A stretch of 64,000 bases of DNA from Azolla caroliniana (lineage: Eukaryota > Plantae > Polypodiophyta), in assembly GCA_043228905.1 (NCBI GenBank), contig JBHGNT010000014.1:20398001-20462000 (forward strand), in the 5' to 3' direction. The first letter of the stretch is position 1. The number at the start of each line of letters is the position of its first letter. Positions 60,391 to 64,000 of the stretch are shown one piece after another. A program made the position numbers and the translations under genes. Below the pieces are notes generated by a model that saw only the letters and a list, made by a program, of their open reading frames with translations, did not search any database and had not been told where the DNA came from.

Positions 60391-63052
60391 GATTATATCA
60401 TATATGGGAGCGCGAGAGAAGGACTTGGACTTGAAACTACAAAACTGGAACGATATTAGATGGACCGTCCACATTGGTAGGGAATTTCTAGCTATGAGGA
60501 CCACCCAAGTCAATGCCTAGAAGAGAGCACTTGTGCTTTTACTTGTAATTCGACATTGCATGTTACTCGAGAGCATGGCTCCCTTTTAACATGTATGACA
60601 TTGAAGGTATAGATAGATTAAGATAGATATGTGTGCTTGAGAATGTCGAGTGAGGGCCAAGCAAATCACTTTTTCTAATGGGAAAGAGTTTAATAGTAAG
60701 ATAACTGGCATTCCTTGAACATCATTGCCTTTGCATTCTAACATTGAAAGTAAGAATAGATAGATTCATGCGGATATTGATGTACCTCATCGGAATGTCA
60801 AGGGGCATGCAAGTCAATGTTTTAGAGAAGACAATCTTGACTTTAAGTTTAATTTGAGTTGCATTACTCAGTATGTCATTTTTGCATTATATTTTGAAGT
60901 CATATGGATAGATAGATGGTGGATGGATATATACATCGGAAATATCATGTATGCAATGTTTTCATGATTAAAAACTTCCTATATTTTGATATATTGATGA
61001 AAACATTATTTTTTATATATACAAATATGAAGCCCTTTAGGTAAATGGTTGTTATTTTGACCAATGCTTCATTATGCGACAAGCTTCGTATAATTCTCGT
61101 GTGTCAAAATAGTCAATTCCTCAAGTTCTCCTTTTCCACCAATCAGGTGAGTTTTTTTTATTGGGGCATCACTTGTGTTTTATATACACAAAGAAGGACA
61201 TATCATAGAAGTTTATTGCTTTATAAAATGTAGCAAACCAAGTGATCTCAACATAAACGACATGTTTTCTACGAGAAATGGAGTTGTCAACATGAGAATT
61301 TTTGTTAGGGAGCCACCTCAAGAGATGATATGTCCTCCTAACCCACCTCCCCTTGCCCATTCGTCGATTCTTCTTACATTGTGCACTCTCAACGTAATTT
61401 TCAAGTGCCCTTCATTGAGGTAGGTACTACATTGATATGCATCAAGATCTATAATTTAAAAAATACATACTTCAATAGTTTCCAAATTAGATGTTAACAA
61501 CATATGTAATCTTCTACACCATTATACGGATGTGTGTATGCATGAACTTAAATACATTAATCAAGTGTGTTGTATACATGTACCCATATTTTAACACTAG
61601 CTAGTACATTTATTATAATCATCATTGTCATAAGGCAAATATTGTATTTTACCCTTGGATTGTGGATGGTGATTTGAAAAACCATATCAAGTATGCATGA
61701 TCTTAAACTAAAAATAAATTCCAAGTACCTTTTTTATATATGTAAATTGTAATAGAGCCAACATCAAACCCATTTCTCTTCCCTTTGATGTTATATTCTA
61801 ATGTTATAAAAGCAATGCCTTTCCAGTTAAGTTCTTAAGTTAAATAAATTGTTAGGGTTTAACTCACATGGTCCTAGTGAGTTTTTACGGTCTCAAATAT
61901 CATGAATGAGGATAATGTTCGTATTATATTTCAGGATGTACTCGCTTGCTAGTTCTATAACAATTATGTGAAGCCAATCTTGTTGCCTTGTCAATGAGTT
62001 ATTTCCCTTTTGTTTACTTACTTTTTCACTTAGATTGCAATGTTGCACGGTTCCTCACAAAAGAATTATGTCGTTGTTTTATTTACTAATTTTTTATCTT
62101 AAATTGTAATCTAATATTGTAATGTTTTTCTTATAATCTATTTATGATGACGTTTCACGAGCAAAAACTTTAATAGTTCTAAAAACTAATCATGAGCATA
62201 TACTTTCAATATATGAATGTGAGACTCAATTAGTGGGTTCTATGTTTCACCTTACTCTACTTTTATTTATTTGAGAGGACAATTCCAAATTTTGAAGGCT
62301 CATAAGGCATAGAGGTCAATAGTAAATACCTTTCATACATCCATCCAGGGCCTGAATTTGACGGGTTAGTCTTAAAGTTTTTTGACGGGCATTTTTTAAA
62401 GATGTATGTCATATGACGTAAGAGTGCAAAAATTAACATGTCATTTGACATACAAATTTCTTATAATGAAAAGCTCTATATGATGCTTCATTATTATACA
62501 TTTTATTACTATAGAAGGTACACAAATAGACACAACTACCTCGCAAAGATAATGAAATACAGAAAATAAATATCGTGTTAATGTTATTTTTTTACCAAAA
62601 AAGTGTTAATGTTTTTTAAGCCAAAGTACAAACTATATATGTATCCATAATCATAATTCATTCTTGCAAAGTGGATACAATAAGCTTCAAACAAATAATC
62701 ATACAAATCGAATACTTAATCATCATATATTTCTTAAAGCCCAAAAAACACAAAAAAATGTTTACCATACCGGGACTCCTCATACTTATTACTAAGCATT
62801 GTTCAATGATACTATCCTTCTCTCTTTCTCTTCAAACCAAAGGTTAAATATATCCCTCCAACAAATGTAACCACCTCGTGCTCATTATTTGGAGCATCAT
62901 TAACATGTGTTGCCTTGCAAAACATAGTCTTAATAGAATGTTGTTGTGCTTGGTTCTTTGTTTTCCCCCTGAAATTATTTAAATAATAGACATCTAAAAA
63001 TGTACTAAAAGTATTTCATTTCACTATAATAGAGACATTGAAGTTATTGTTT

Positions 63053-63840
63053 AGGTATTAAGGTAATACAAAAACAATATTGTATAATAACTTGTTAAAT
63101 GAACATAATATGATAGATATTCATGGTAACTTACATTTTTTAAATGTAGTTAAAAAATGTTGAAGGTTGAAGGCTGTTTTTGTTCTATTCCCACTGCACA
63201 AAAAGGCTACATAGAATCAATAATTTTTAATTGGAACAATAGCTTGCTACCTAATAGTAAGTACTCACCTTTTCCTATACTAATAAGTTATTATTAACCC
63301 TAATTTTTTAATAAAGCATAGTAAAACGTAATAAGTATGTATAAAACAATAGGTTAGTAAAACATTTAGTTTAAAAAAACTTAAAATCAAACCTTATTGA
63401 AATGAAATACTTTTAGTTTATTTTTAGAGGTATTAAGGTAATACAAAAACAATATAATAACTTGCTAAATGAACATAATATGATAGATGATCATGGTAAC
63501 TTACATTTTTAAACTGTAGTTAAAAAATGTTGAAGGTTGAAGGATTTCTTTCTTTGTTCTATTCCTGCTGCACAAAAGGCTACATAAAATCAATCATTTT
63601 TAAGTTGAAAAATAACTTGTTACCTAACACAGTAAGTAGTAAGTAGTAAGTACTCACCTTTTTCCTATACTAAAAAGTTATTACTAACCCTAATTTTTTA
63701 ATAAAGCACAGTAATAAGTATTAAGTATTAAGTAATAAGTAATAAGTATGTATAAAAAAGTAGGTTAGTAAAACATTTACTTTAAGAAAACTTAAAATCA
63801 AACCTAGAGTGACTAGTCTACACTCTAGTATTTTTTAGAG
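63053..63840. repeat. ~375-bp AT-rich tandem duplication (63053-63427, 63428-63840)
   Basis: AGGTATTAAGGTAATACAAAAACAATAT...CTTAAAATCAAACCT occurs twice. The second copy has AGTA/AATAAGT slippage expansions. Confidence 0.9.
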
Positions 63841-64000
63841 TATTTAATAAAGCACCAAGGTTATTGTTTAAAATTTAAATTGATTTGAGGATTCATCATT
63901 ACAATTTATATGATATTATTTTAAGCGTGTTATAAATATATATATATATATATATATTAGAATTTAGTATATTACACACTTCATACTATATAGTCAAATT

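Overview
AT-rich, repeat-laden plant nuclear DNA, most likely from a fern. That call is an inference from a mitochondrial nad5 insert with both C-to-U and U-to-C editing-type differences and from fern-style PLS-PPR genes. The left half (1-30 kb) is mostly transposon-derived. It holds a Mutator-type MITE with a 9-bp TSD, a non-autonomous Helitron, a decayed LINE endonuclease, a near-complete but frameshifted Ty1/copia element with unequal LTRs, nested LTR pieces and several direct repeats. It also contains a disabled coiled-coil orphan gene with a possible HEPN RNase motif and an unedited nad5 NUMT. The right half carries five apparently intact genes: plastid-type MSRB1 (5 exons), intronless homoserine kinase, two divergently transcribed E-class PLS-PPR genes without DYW domains, and a CML21-like EF-hand gene (4 coding exons). 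The best leads are: (1) the head-to-head PPR pair, where one C-terminus looks conventional and the other resembles the DYW:KP (U-to-C candidate) lineage; (2) the NUMT as a fossil record of bidirectional RNA editing; (3) the coiled-coil/HEPN-like orphan; (4) a dispersed element made of two convergent tRNA-like heads. No prokaryotic features (CRISPR, operons) are supported. All family assignments are by eye and from remembered motifs; no database search was run.
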